DNA from: Eledone cirrhosa
Lineage: Eukaryota
DNA: 64,000 bases
Reading direction: 5' to 3'
Assembly: GCA_964016885.1 (NCBI GenBank)
Contig: OZ024754.1
Span: forward strand, 21,266,001 to 21,330,000
Shown: piece after piece, positions 24,873 through 38,272 of the stretch
Layout of the letters: each line of letters starts with the position of its first letter
Position numbering within the stretch: position 1 is the first letter of the stretch
Made by a program: the position numbers and the translations under genes
The notes under the pieces: generated by a model
Seen by the model: only the letters and a program-made list of their open reading frames with translations
Told to the model about the DNA's origin: nothing
Database searches by the model: none

Positions 24873-25605
24873 AGGTACACAAGAGATGTAGTGGGATAGC
24901 AGGCAAACTAACAGGTAGGGAAAACTACATATTCAGTAGATGTACAGGGAAATTTGACAGTAGTAATCGCAGTGATAGACACATCTTTCAAATGCAGGTG
25001 GGTTCTATGGAAGTTGTTGATAGCTTCCGGTACCTAGGTGATCAGATTAGCATGGGAAGGGGGTGTTCTGAGGCCATAGTATCTAGAATAAGGAAGGGTT
25101 GGAAGAAGTTTGGGGGGCTGCTTCCTCTGTTGATAAAGAAGGGTTTCTCCCTGCATACGAAAGGCCGGTTATATGATGCCTGTGTGAGATGCGCAATGCT
25201 GCATGGTAGTGAGACATGGGCAGCAACTACAGAGGATATGCGACAGCTGGAGAGAAATGAAGCAAGTATGCTCCATTGTATGTGCAAGTCAATGTGCGTG
25301 AACGACCAAGCATAGATGAGTTGAGAGAGAAACTGGGTATAAGAGGGATAAGTTGTGGTGTGCAGGAGAGAAGACTGAGATGGTATGGACATGTGATGCG
25401 CATGGAGGATGACCGCAGGGTAAAGAAATGCCAGTAGAGGAAGACCACAAAAAACATGGGTGGAGGCGGTGAGACCAGACCTCAGATCGCTGGAGCTCTC
25501 AGAGGTGACGAAGGACCGTGACAAATGGAGAGATGCTGTGTTGAATAGGACCCTGTCCCACCCTTACAAGCAGGGAAAAGCGGACATAAAATGATGTTGA
25601 TGATA
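24873..25605 (+). mobile_element. RTE LINE 3' fragment with ATG-repeat tail
   Basis: VHKRCSGI, EVVDSFRYLGD, KGRLYDACVRCAMLHGSETW, RLRWYGHVMRM; tail ATGATGTTGATGAT. Confidence 0.88.
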
Positions 25606-25893
25606 TATGTATATATGTATGTCAGATTGCTCTCAAGTGCTATTGGTAACATGTAACCCAGTAAAACCTGTTTCATGGCCGAATGCAAGGCTTAAAAAAC
25701 CTTCAAAGCACAGGCATTGCTTGTTCAGGATATGTTGCAGGTTCGTGTGGCTGGCCGTAGCCTAAAAGTGCATCATTTTCTGTAATCTGACAAGCGATTC
25801 CAATGCTCTTACTAGATTTGCAGCCATCATGTATATATATATGTGTATATGTATATATATATATGTGTATATATATATATATGTATGTATATA

Positions 25894-27129
25894 CAGGGTA
25901 TGGACGATATTTGTTCGCAATTTTCAACTGCTAATTTTATGCAAATTTTTTTTACTTCTGTTGTCACTCTTGTCTTTATAAAAACAGTGACTATATTTCC
26001 ATTATTTATTTTCAGAATAATTGATTATGAATTGTTTTGAACCTCCAAATTTGTGGAAGACACGGAGTTCTTCTTGGAATCCGCGCCGGGAGGACAAATA
26101 AGGAAATTTCAGACTTTCTCAGCGGCATCAGGAGAATGGTGGAAAAGATCAGAAAGGAATTGGAAGATTCAGGATTCGACTACAAAGCAACGTCAGAGAG
26201 GAAAACACATGATCGACGATCTGGCTCCTTCAGAACGCCCGAGTTCGTTGCTGAAGTTCAGGATATCATCAACAATGAACCTAGCAAGTCGATGCGTGCC
26301 ATTGCAAGGGAAAAAGGTGTGGATGAAAAGCTCATTAGGCTGGTGGTACATGAAGACATTCGCTACGTTTCTGTCAAAAGCGACAGAAGCACGCAAAGAA
26401 GCTGATCAACAAGTTGAAACACCCACTGGAGCCAAACATGCTGTGGTTTTTCTCCGACGAGAAAAACTTCTGCCAAGAACAGAAGATCAACTCCCAGAAC
26501 AACAGGTGGCTCACTGTCTCATCCAAAGACATGCCCAGAAGACAAAGTTTCCAGCGACAACATTGGTCTTAGGTCTCGTCAACAGTCAAAGTGACGTCAT
26601 GCCACCTCACTTCTTCCCTGAGGGCTTCAAGCTGAACACCGATGGCTACATCCGTGTTCTGAGCGAGATAGTAAAGCCCTGGATCGACCAGGAAGCTGCA
26701 GGAAGGCCGTACGTGTGGCAACGCCCTGCCATACCAGCCGAAAGACCCAAGTCTGGCTGTCAGAACTTCGTCGACCACACTTCACCTGACATCTGGCCTC
26801 CCAGCTCGCCTGACTGCAACCCCCTCGACTTCTTTGTGTGGGGTGCAGTGGAACGAGACACCAACAGATCTAGCTGCAATACGAAAGACGATCTGAAGGC
26901 CAGGATCACAAGTGCCTTTAGGGGCCTAAAGTCGGGGGACAGTGACAAAGGCCTGTAGCCGGTTCCGAGGCCGTCATCAAAGCCAATGGCGGGTTTATCG
27001 AGTGAGATCGAAAGAACAAGTCATGAAGACAAACTGACCCAAGTTTGATAAATATATCTTAAAAAATAAAACTACTGTGTTATTTTTTCCTAGACAGTAA
27101 TCTTGCGAACAAATATCGTCTGCACCCTG
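25894..27129 (+). mobile_element. Tc1/mariner DNA transposon, DD37D (maT)-like, frameshifted transposase
   Basis: 27-bp TIR CAGGGTATGGACGATATTTGTTCGCAA / TTGCGAACAAATATCGTCTGCACCCTG with TA TSD; HTH region, FSDEK, MPPHFF, WPPSSPDCNPLDFFVWG in shifting frames. Confidence 0.92.
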
Positions 27130-27814
27130 TATGTGTATATATATATATGTATGTATGTATATATATATGTGTATATATCATCATCATCACCGTTTTACGT
27201 CTGTTCTTCCATGCTAGCATAGGTTAGACGGGTTGTCCTGTTGTGGGCAGTGTCTGGTCGGCTGACCATGCCTTGCTCTACAGGAACTGATTTTGGCTTG
27301 ATTTTTACAGCTGGATGCCCTTCCTATTTACAGTGAGTGCCAGGTGCTTTTTCCGTGGCGCCTACACGTCCACTTTACAGTGTGGGCTGGGTGCTTTTTT
27401 GCCGTGGCACCTCCACGACTACCTTGCAGTGGGAGGGTGTGGGGGCATATTGTCTATATGCTTCAGCTTGTACCCATGGGAGGCCGGGTACTCTGTATTA
27501 CTGCGTGACGCCAGAGGTCACGGTCGTGTGTCATCGCCTTTGTATATATATATATGTATGTATGTATATATATATATCTCACGGAGGAGATGACGAAGGA
27601 CCGTGAGAAGTGGAGAGATGCTGTGCTGAATAGGACCTGTCTCACCCTTGCAAGCAGGGAAAAGCGGACGTAAAATGATGATGATATATATGTGTATATA
27701 TGTATGTATATATATATATATATGTATGTAAAAGGTAAACAGAAATAACAACACAATTGGTACAGTATATAGAAGGTCTATATTTGGTTAACGTCTGATA
27801 TAGCAGGAAGAGGG

Positions 27815-27850
27815 TCTTAACGTTTCAGACGTTAGTCCTTCATCTGAAGA
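27815..27850 (-). ncRNA. Degenerate minimal hammerhead ribozyme motif
   Basis: Minus strand TCTT-CAGATGA-A-GGAC-TAAC-GTCT-GAAAC-GTT-AAGA: stems I-III present, core U4>A. Confidence 0.55.
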
Positions 27851-28002
27851 AAGAATGAGAAATAAAATAGATTAAGGGGACAGGCAGGATGGAATTTGAA
27901 AAAATGTCTTTAGATAAATATAATAGGTCCATTCATGTTTACATCTCTTGCAAATGTGTATATGTATATAAGTATGTATATATATATGTATCGGGTCACT
28001 CT

Positions 28003-29015
28003 TGAGTGCTACTGTAACATGTAAACCAGTACAACCTGTGGCATGGTCGGGTCATTGGCGACTAAACCGGCAACCCCACCAACCTTGCTTGGTGAGGAGG
28101 GCGATTTTGGACACCCTGCAGGACAAAAAGCAAAACCTGACAAAAGGTGGAAGAACTCATAAGAGACAATGGCCATCCAAAAATGTGTAAATATGTATAT
28201 ACACAAGTACATATGTATGTATATGCGTGGGATCATAGAAATAGTTGGGCTGGATACCCGATCGCATGGTTAAACCAATGGGAGTGAAGGACCCCCTAAC
28301 CTTTGTCGGCATTCTTCTAGAAGGCAGCTCAGGAAATTGGGATAACTCCGACATAAAAACCTGTGGCTCAGTAGTTACCAATGTTTTTGATCTTTTCTTT
28401 TTTTCGGGTTATAGCTACTGTCGCTCAGAGAGTGGGATTGGCTCAGTGTACAGTCTTTCTTCACGTTAAAAAATATCTTCACGCACAGGCATTGCACGAT
28501 AGAATTAATTAATAATTATTAATAATGGTATATTATGCAATGGCCATACTCGATAACGAGGGGGCTGCCATCATATATATATATGTATGTGAGTATATGA
28601 TGGCTGCAATTGCTTGTTAGATTATAGAGTGGTGCACTTTTACATATGTAACATATCCTGAATAAGCAATGCCTGTGCTTTGAAGGTTTTTTAAGTGGGG
28701 AAAGGCCTTGCACTCGACCAATCCCACTCTCTCAGCAACAAAAACATTACTTGAAAAGGAGAACTGGTCAACATCATCGGATGCTTCCGAAGCTGCAGGT
28801 TTTTTTCAGAGTTTCCCTATCTGAGAAAGGTGTTGTGACAACAACTGGGTAACATGTAACCCAGTACAACCTGTCTCACGGTCGGGTCATTGGCAACTAA
28901 ACGGGCAACCCCACCAAGCTTGCTTGGTGAGGAGGGTGATATTTGGACACCCTGCAGGATGAAATACAAGACCTGGCAAAGGGCAGAGGAACTCAGCAGA
29001 GTCAACGGCCATCCA
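28003..29015. repeat. Cluster of dispersed repeats: two direct copies (about 28010-28180, 28850-29015) and an inverted pair (about 28420-28496 / 28666-28740)
   Basis: GTAACATGTAA(A/C)CCAGTACAACCTGT...GGACACCCTGCAGGA occurs twice; GCACAGGCATTGC / GCAATGCCTGTGC inverted; related piece at 25646-25720. Confidence 0.65.
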
Positions 29016-29037
29016 AATAGTATTTTATATATATACA

Positions 29038-29534
29038 CTAGCCGAATTACCCGCACCTTGCTGTGTTTCACACATTTTTTTTGTAAGAAAATGTTGATTG
29101 ATTTTAAATCAGTGATATAATTTATGGAGCAAACTCTGCATTTCAATAATACTCAATATAAAATGTAATGTATGAAAAATTGGAAAACATTACTTTTTGT
29201 AATATATCAAATCAAAATTACATTATTGAATCTTATTCTTATTTTGTTTCTTGTAAATAATTTTTTTCAAAATATCAATTCAAAACTTTTGTAAATAGGC
29301 ATCATATCTTGTCATTTACCTATGGTTTAAATTTCATATAAATCGAAGGAAAAAAATTTTCAGCAGGGTTTTGTGGCCCCAGGGAACCCTTTGATTAAAA
29401 TGAAATATACTTATCCAAGTACCCTGGGCAATGTAGTTTCAGAATATATATGATTATGGGGGTCTATCTCCCAAACCATAGGAGGAGTTTGTGAACAAAC
29501 AGACAGGAATACAACTTTATATATATACTGTAGA
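29038..29534 (-). mobile_element. Degenerate non-autonomous Helitron
   Basis: Plus strand A|CTAG..ACCCGCACCTTGC at left; ACAAACAGACAG..TTTATATATATA..TAGA|T at right; same architecture as 13344-13756. Confidence 0.6.
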
Positions 29535-29719
29535 TATGGATATTCTTTCAACAGAATATACCAACTCTATTTGGTGGTAGTGGAGTTCTCTGAAATATAG
29601 TAAAGAGTTTAGGTAGAAGTTTCGAGGTTGAGTACATATTAAATATAAATTTTTACCAAAATTTATATTTGATAATATGTACTTGGTAGATATTTTTCTG
29701 TTTGTTTTTTATTTGGTAA

Positions 29720-30380
29720 CTCTGGAGTAAAGAGCAATGCCTGTGGTCTTCGTGGGCTTTTTGAGATAGGAAAGATCGACCCCATTGATGTTTTTAGCAG
29801 GGAGAGTAGAGTCCAGGCATAGTAATTCATGCGGCGCCTGTGAAATTGGACATGACATGGGTAATTAGAGGAGAGACAGGTAAGTCAGAGTTGTGGTGAC
29901 ATAAGTCTTAACAAGCTGGTGGGATTGGGGTGGGGCCAGAGACCATTGTAGTAATGATAGAAAAGGTAAATTGAGGCAACAACATTTCTGGGATAGATGG
30001 CTGGGCGATTGATGCCATCTAAAATATCAGTGTGAGCAACTGCAGCGCTGCCGCAGATATGGATGCAGTATTCCATTATGGGTCTCACCTGAGTTTTGTA
30101 GATGGTCAGTAGCTGAAGGTTGAAGTATTTTCTGGCTCTGGAGAGAAGGACCAGTCGTTAGGATGTGATTCTAGTTGTGTTAGGGAGGTATGTTCTCCAT
30201 GAGAGTGTACATAGTTTGGGGGCCTAACATTTGGAGCAATTGCAAGGGCTCGAGTCGTGTGTATACTTAAGTGAGGTGTGGTGATGTTTTCTGGTGATGA
30301 ACAGTGATTTCTTTTTTTGACTGTTTAAAGGGACCAGTTTGACATGAGTCCATAGGAGGATGCTTTCCAGATCTATTGAT
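29720..30380 (-). mobile_element. CR1/L2-group LINE 3' fragment
   Basis: TIYKTQVRPIMEYCIHI, R.VAS..LFYHYYNG C-terminal motifs, degraded. Confidence 0.7.
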
Positions 30381-31446
30381 GGAATCAGAACCAGCATAAC
30401 ATGGAGTGTTAAAATTGAATGTGATCGACACTTGGGGGAGATTATGCCTGTTTATTAAATAATGTATGGTGCTTTTTTATATCTATGATATTCCGAGTAC
30501 TCTATAGAACTTAGATGATCAAGGCATGAGTGTGTGGTTTAAATGGTTTCTACCACTAGATTCCGTGTTCCATCCTACTACACAACTCCTTCAGGTAAAT
30601 ATAGAAGTCCTGTCGTATATACGTATATGTAATATTTCGGTGATAGAACCAGTGCATTACTATCGAAGTCCCTTATTTGGTTGAGACCTGCAGTAAGCCA
30701 GCGGTTATCTCGCTGGGAATCCAAAACCAAAGGCACTATTGTTTCACAAATAGCCAGATAAATAAACAAATAGATCTTTGGTAATTCCTGTGTTAATTTT
30801 TTTTTTATTATTATGCTCAGTGTTGGTGAAATTTATATTTTTTCCTAAGGTTTTTATGTGTTTAGTGGTTTGTCATCACCCAAAGAACTTAGTTTTTTCC
30901 AAGCCTGGTACTTATTTTATCGATCTCTTTTTGACTAGCCTTTATGTTACTGGACAAACACTGCATACATAGACATATACATGAAGGGCCTCTACACAGT
31001 TTCTGACTACCAAATCTCATTCACAGGGCGTTAGTCAACCCAAGGCTAGAGTGGAAGACATTTATCCAAGGTGCCACACAGTGAGACTGAACTTCAAACC
31101 ACATAATTGCTGAACAAACTCCTTAATCCCACAGCCAAGCCTCCTTTTATTATTATTTTTAAAGAAAATCTATTGTTATATGTATGTATAGGTATTTACT
31201 GGTATGGCTGTGTGATTAAGGAGTTTGCTGTGCAATCATGTTGTTTCAGGTTCACTCCTACAGCTTGACACCATGGACAAATGTCTTCTACTGTAACTTC
31301 AGCTTGACCAACCCTTAAAATGCTTCTTGTTTGCTACAGCCAGTTACATCTTCATTATTTTTTAACATTCTATTCCCTACTAAATTTTACACAGTATTCT
31401 CAATTTTTTTTCTTTGTTTCCAAAGTTGATCCTGTAAACTCACACA

Positions 31447-31464
31447 ATGGCAAAATCTAAAAAG
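31447..31464 (+). CDS. LBR: LBR-like gene, coding exon 1 (MAKSKK)
   Basis: Polypyrimidine acceptor TTTCCAAAG (31425), ATG at 31447, AAG|GTAAGC donor; phase 0 joins in frame to 37064. Confidence 0.6.
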
Positions 31465-33349
31465 GTAAGCACCATTTTTTCTTGGTTTGTTCCTGTATTC
31501 TTTTTCTGTTTTCAGTCATTAGACTGTGGCCATGCTGGGGCACCACTTTTAAGGCTTTAGTTATTCATATCGACCCAGTACTTATTTTTATGTCTGGACC
31601 TTATTTTGCCAATCTCTATTTACCAAAATGCAACATTACAGGGCATAAACAAACCACCAGTTTTTAAGCAGTGTAGATGTAACCTTACTCTCTCTCTCCA
31701 CGTATATATTTATAAATGTATGTATATATATATCATGAAAGCATGGAAATGCAGACTTAAAATAATTATACACATACACACCACACACATTCACACAAGG
31801 CCATTAAGTGTCAAATGTCCGATTTCAAATTGAAAGTGTATAAGGAAATCGGACATTTAATACTTAAGGGCCTAATCTATGCATGACCAGCTTCTGTACA
31901 ATTTGTGCTTACCAAATTTCATTCCCAAAGCAACAATCAATCCAAGATTATAGTAGAAGACATTTGACCAAGATATTATACAGTGGGTCTAAACTCACAA
32001 CCCTGTGGTTATGAAGTAAATTTCTCAACCTAAACCATGCCTTCACCTTTTGTTTGAGTATGGCTTTAAAGAATTCCGTAATTTACTAATACCAAGTATA
32101 TTCTGCTACTACTTTTATCAATTGGACTGTCCATTGAAGAGATGACCATGCATAATATTTACCAATCTGGATATTACTGTCAGATAGTAATCAACATGGT
32201 TGTTAATGGAGGTGTATTTCAGTCATCATGTGTTTATGCTTTATAGAACCAGGTGTGTGATGTAAGTGGTGACTGCAATGGCTGGTGTCAGGAAGGACAA
32301 CTGATGATGAAACACTTAACAAGACCTGGCTGACATTGAAAAGTAGACATGAAAATGGTGATGAGGATAATGATGTGTGTCTTATACACACATTTCATTG
32401 CAGATCCATAAATCATCTGAGACATACTTTATGATTGTTATACTCTGCCTTTATTTAGCCTGTTAGCATTTAAACCGACCAGAATTCTCTCACCCCTTAC
32501 TGTGCCATAACTGGCCGCTCATACCTACGTTAAGGTATTATTCTCAAATAAATAATCTCAAAAACTCATAGATTTGGTATTATGTGAGATAAAGTGTTTA
32601 CTGTGAAAATACAATAGTAAATAGAGAGTAATGTAAATGCTAAAGGGTTTTAATATTTTATTACATACTCTAAGTGTAGCTTAGCAGACTTCCTTTTCAA
32701 ATAGGCTATTGTAAGTCAACCTTGCAGAGGTCGGTTCTCTTTCTCCAAGCTGTACTTACAGGAAGAGCTGCTACTTAAGCCAAGTAGAATGGTAGATTGT
32801 GTCTTGGTCGTAGTAAATATTATACTAAATACTAATTATCACATACTATAGACACTAGAAACATTCCACGAACTCATATTTATGTTAGGTGTATTTTTCT
32901 ATAGATTGAAATTGATGTTTTTTCTTATGTTGAATCTGCAGTACTAGATGTTACTATTGTATTAGAAAAAAAAACAAAGAAGTCTTTTTATATTGTTAAT
33001 GTGCTTGAACAATGACGCATGGAAAAGCTGAGCATAAGAGGAATCAGAGGAAATTGCACTGGTGTGGACATGTAATGTATATGTATGATGATCGCTGGAA
33101 TAAGAAGTGTTAAATGTTCTAAGTAGAAGGGAGTTGAGAAATAGGAAGACCGAGAAAGATATATATGCAGGGGCAATGAAAGTACAGCTCATAAAAAAGA
33201 TGATAAAGAAAAATAGACAAGTGAAGAAAGAGATGCTGTACTGGAGAAGACTTGTTTAACCATGGTAAAACAGATGTAAAAACAATGGTGATGATGTTAG
33301 ATTAGTAGTTTGTTTGTCACTTTTCATAACCAAAGCTGAGTTGTTAGGT

Positions 33350-33785
33350 TCCTGAACTTATAGTTGAGTTGGTATTGAGCCAGGATTAGTTGATTCTACT
33401 TCATCTTAGATGTAGTTGAGTTGGTATTGAGCCAGGGTGAGTTGTTCCTACTTCATCTTAGATATAGTTGAATGGGTATTAACTCAGGATTAGTTGAACC
33501 TACTTCATCTCAGATATAGTTGAGTTGGTATTGATTCAGGGTTAATTGAGTCTACTTCATCCAGTGAATCCATAGCATCGTGAATAGAACCAGTGATTTA
33601 CAGATATTCAATATGGAAATCAACCAGTTGGATGGCGTTCCCTACACTTTCCCAGAATTGAAAGTTTGAAGTTTTAGTCCATCCTATAGTAATTCTTCTT
33701 TAACTTCTTCACCTTTAACTGTCCCCAATGTTGATATTGGTGTCACATTATCTTCAACAGTTAAAGTTTTGCAAGTTAATACATA
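33350..33785 (-). repeat. Duplicate of 34800-35113 plus 52-bp repeat units
   Basis: About 300 bp near-identical to 34800-35113. Confidence 0.85.
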
Positions 33786-34379
33786 TGTCTGTACTCCATG
33801 CACCTTGTCCTCTCTCATGTAATCCCCCCCCCCCCCCATGTGTCATGTGTGTTGTAAGAAGCGGTTAAAAGGGTTGGTGTCAGGAAGGGTAGAAGGGTAT
33901 CCGACTGTAAAACATTGCCACAAAAAGTCCTGGCCATTCCATGCCAACATGGAAAAGTCGACATAAAAATGATGATATATCTTGACACTAAACAAATAAA
34001 CAAAATGCCAAAATGATGTATTTTCGAATAATTAAGAATTTGGAGGTATTTCTAAAATAACTCAGTTTCTCGTTAGGGATGCTATTAATTTATTGCAATA
34101 CAAAATATGCAGTAGTAAAAAACATAAACTGTACAATGTACTTGGCAATATTTATATATATATCATTGTCATTATTTAATGTCCATTTTCCCGCCAAGGT
34201 TAACTTTGCCTTTCATCCTTACGGGGTCGATAAAATAAAGTACCAGTAATGCACTGGGTAATTGCTGGCCTTGTGCCAAAAGTAGAAACAATTATTTAAC
34301 ATCCATTTTCCATGCTAGCATGAGTTAGATGAGTTGTTGTCTTGAGACAAGTGAGATGACGTTTTCTTTCTCATAAACA

Positions 34380-35115
34380 TATAGTTGATTTGGTGTTGAC
34401 CCAAGATTAGTTGAGCTTGCTTCATCTTAGATATAGTTGATTTGGTATTGACCCAAGATTAGTTGAGCCTGCTTCATCTTAGATATAGTTGATTTGGTAT
34501 TGACCCAAGATTAGTTGAGCCTGCTTCATCTTAGATATAGTTGATTTGGTATTGATCCAAGATTAGTTGAGCTTGCTTCATCTTAGATATAGTTGATTTG
34601 GTATTGACCCAGGATTAGTTGAGCTTGCTTCATCTTAGATATAGTTGATTTGGTATTGACCCAGGATTAGTTGAGCCAGCTTCATTTTAGATATAGTTGA
34701 ATTGGTGTTAACCCAAGATTAGTTGAGCCTGCTTCATCTTAGATATAGTTGAATTGGTGTTAACCCAGGATTAGTTGAGCCAGCTTCATCTTATAGTTGA
34801 ATGGGTACTAACTCAGGATTAGTTGAGCCAGTTTCATCTTAGATATAGTTGAGTTGGTATTGATTCAGGGTTAACTGAGTCTACTTCATCCAGTGAATCC
34901 ATAGCATCGTGAATAGAACCAGTGATTTACAGATATTCAATATGGAAATCAACCAGTTGGATGGTGTTCCCTACACTTTCCCAGAATTGAAAGTTTGAAG
35001 TTTTAGTCCATCCTATAGTAATTCTTCTTTAACTTCTTCACCTTTAACTGTCCCCAATGTTGATATTGGTGTCACATTATCTTCAACAGTTAAAGTTTTG
35101 CAAGTTAATACATCT
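34380..35115 (-). pseudogene. 52-bp minisatellite (about 9 copies) attached to an antisense pseudo-exon with a strong acceptor
   Basis: Period 52 (34429, 34481, 34533...). Minus strand CTTAAT-polyT-TAG|ATGTATTAACT; reads DVLTCKTLTVEDNVTPISTLGTVKGEEVKEELL* with stops. Confidence 0.5.
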
Positions 35116-35579
35116 AAAAAAGAAAAAAAAAAAAGAGATGAATTAAGCAGTGAAAGAAAGGGAGGGAGAGAGAGCAATAGGATCTACAGCCCTTTGTGAG
35201 TTGGTGTTTCAAACAAAACCTAACAAAGGTTCTTAAACAGTTTTGTATTGCAGAACCAGGGACACTTTGGTATCAAAAGAGTTAAACTTTAAACATTATA
35301 AACACACACCTGGATTATGTAAACTATGCTGGCTCTAGATTCTAGATTTGAGTATATGTGTGTGTGTGTGTAAATTTTAATTAAAAAAGATTGGAGTGAT
35401 GAGTGTATATGAATTTTTATGAAACTGTAGAAAGCTCAACGTGGGAGCAGCTGTAAACAGCTGATTGCTATGTGCATAGCAAAATGTTGGGTTAAATATA
35501 TATAACTATAATAATTTCCTATCTTTGGCTTTCTTAAAATTTTGAATTTTAAATGCTCTGCTACCTCAACCACCCTTAA

Positions 35580-36780
35580 CTCTTTAGCATTCACATTAAT
35601 TTGTCAAATGTCATGCTTATCTGTTCACATTATTTTGTTACGATCCGAGTTCAAATCCCGCCGAGGTTGACTTTGCCTTTCATCCTTACGGGGTCGATAA
35701 AATAAAGTACCAGTAATGCACTGGGTAATGGCTGGCCTTGTGCCTAAAGTAGAAACAATTATTTTGAGTTAATCATACTCAAGAGGGTTATCAATTTTAT
35801 TTGTTTGTAATTTTCTTAATTTTCTATGTGCAGACTTGAAATTTTGTCAGTAGATGTTTAAGTATCAATAATTTACAATTATATAATTTTACCTGATTTT
35901 TTTTATTAAATTTGACTTTTATGGGCAGGTGAAATTAATTAATAGGGGCATTTGAAGTATCAACCAAGGGCAAATACTGGTTTAATTTAAATACGTTGTT
36001 TTCGGTATAATACTTGATATAAAAAGACCACTAAACCTTATATAGTGCTCCAGTAATTCCACAGTCTTGGAAATTGTTTTATACCGAACATAATATTTAC
36101 GGCAAAAAAATGCTTGCATTTCCGCAGCAACTGTCGGTCGCCAAACAGATCAGGTTTTCCTCAATTTGAAATCTGTTGTTTGGCATATCAATTAATCTCT
36201 TCTGCCACAACTTCGAAGAAAGTTTGTGGTAAAAACAAAAAGAAATAATCCAGTGCTTTAGCATCGGGAGCTAATGTGTGTTGTGGACCAGTATTTTGAA
36301 TAAAATCGGGAACATACATTGGTGTGGTATTTTACCACGTTGCTGTAATATTTTCAATGGGTCCTGGAGATCTCCTTCGTTTTCACTTTCAAAACAACAA
36401 TCATCGTCGGATGAAATTTCAGAAATGTAAACATCTGATTCATTTGAGGATAAATCACTAATATTATCTTTTGTTTCTTCATTTTGAATGTCGTCGTGTG
36501 TAAAAACCTTCAAAGTCGGTATCGCTACTTTCATAAGCCATGTTGATACACAAAAAATCTGTTCTACTTTCAGTGTTAAAAAAACACATGTTGTTTCACT
36601 ATGTTAAGTGTTCATTTTCTCGGTAAGGGCCTAATCTCGAATTGACGAGATTTTGATGATGGTATTGTTTATTTTTAGAAAAATATTTTAGTGTGGGTGT
36701 TATCGGCCGTTTTCGGCCAGATTGAACAAATGAAGGGGAAATAATTGTGGCCGGTTTGGGGCGGTTTGAACACTAAAGAG
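35580..36780 (-). mobile_element. Internally deleted piggyBac element
   Basis: TTAA|CTCTTTAG ... CTAAAGAG|TTAA ends; minus-strand acidic N-terminus and ALDYFFLFLPQTFFEVVAEEIN*YA...AFFAV..MFGIKQFPRLWNYWS (piggyBac transposase N-terminal signature); contains a SINE fragment. Confidence 0.8.
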
Positions 36781-37063
36781 TTAATCATCCAGTTTTTTGC
36801 TCCAGAAGAACACAGGACGATAAAGTGCATCGAGCTTATCTCATCTTACCAATGAAAATAGTGAAGTGCTGCACTATAACATCATATATTATTATATATA
36901 TATATATAAGGTCTTATTGATACTTGGTGGTTGATTCTAATTAAACCATAGAGTTTCCCCAGGGTCAACTAATTATTATAATACTGTAGCCATACTTTCC
37001 ACGAGAGATAAAACTGTTTATAATGTAACTTGTAGAATGATGTGATAAATGGTGTTATTGCAG

Positions 37064-37234
37064 GAAGGGCGTTCAACTTCAAGGAAGAGGTCTACCTCAA
37101 GAAGTCGGAGTCGCAGTCGTAACAGAAGCGGTGCCAAGAAGTCTTCATCAGCAACAACAACTCCAGTCCAACGTAAAAAGTCGGCTACTCCCAAAACTGA
37201 TCCTATTCGGATATCAAGTCGAATTGCTGCAAAG
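37064..37234 (+). CDS. LBR: LBR-like exon: RS-rich nucleoplasmic domain
   Basis: TTGCAG| EGRSTSRKRSTSRSRSRSRNRS...IAAK |GT; 171 bp, phase 0/0. Confidence 0.85.
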
Positions 37235-38272
37235 GTTACATTGATTTTCTGACTATTTAACCTTTGCCATACCATAGTTTTAATGAAAGACATTGCTCCT
37301 AATTTATAAATTATGTTGAAAAATAATCAAGGATTTGGAGGTGATTTTGTAATATTACTACTTTATCATTATTAAGCTGTTGCTTGGAAAATAATTTAAC
37401 AAAGGTTCTGACATAAAATAATGATGGGGGGGTTTTCAGATAAATATATTCAGTAATCTACCAGCTTCGGCATTCAGTAATCAGAAGAAGAGAGGTAAGT
37501 GTAAAAGCCAAACTCACTCGTTATCTTCAATTTGGTATTTGTGCCAACTCTTACCTATGGTCGTGAATCTTCGGAAATGACTGAAAGAATATGATCGCGA
37601 ATACACAGCTACGATACTATGGACATGGGGTTAGAATGTCTTGGAAAAGACTTGCTGGATGGATTTTATGGGCAAAACGAACCAGCAGTAGACCCTGAGC
37701 AAGAGAGTTGGATAACATCCATGAGCTTGACTGGTCTCATTTGGAGACAGTTGCTTCTGATAGGACCCACTGGAAGGAGTGTTTGAGGGCTCTGTTCTCA
37801 TGACCCTCTCAGGAGGAATAAGTGGGTTAAGAAGTTTAAAGTAAACAGTTTTGTATTAGAGAACCAGAGGTAGTTTGGTATCAAAAGGGTTAATTCACAA
37901 TTCAGACATATTTTCTTTTTATTTCAAATATAGTTTATCCAGGGCAGACGTATCTAATGTATCCATCCCTTTTTTTTTTTCTTTGAGATGGCAGCATGTA
38001 ATTTAGGGATATAGAATGTTGTGAAGAGAAATGGCATGAGATAGTTGGCTCATGTGTTGAGGAAGGATGAAAGTGGCTGGGTGAGAGGAGTGATAGAAAT
38101 GATAGAAGACGACCAGGAAAGACATGACTAAAGGTGATGAAGGAGGAAATGTAAACAAACCCCATGATGGGTATGATTGCATATTAAGATGGCAGCATTA
38201 ATGATTGTGTGGATGGTTGTTGGTTTGTTTTATAAAAATTATTAATGTTTAAATCATCTTTTTCATGTTAAG

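Noticed and set aside
28040-28105. Twister ribozyme suggested by the GAGGAGGG ending
   Set aside because: Could not find the conserved P4/pseudoknot nucleotides by eye.
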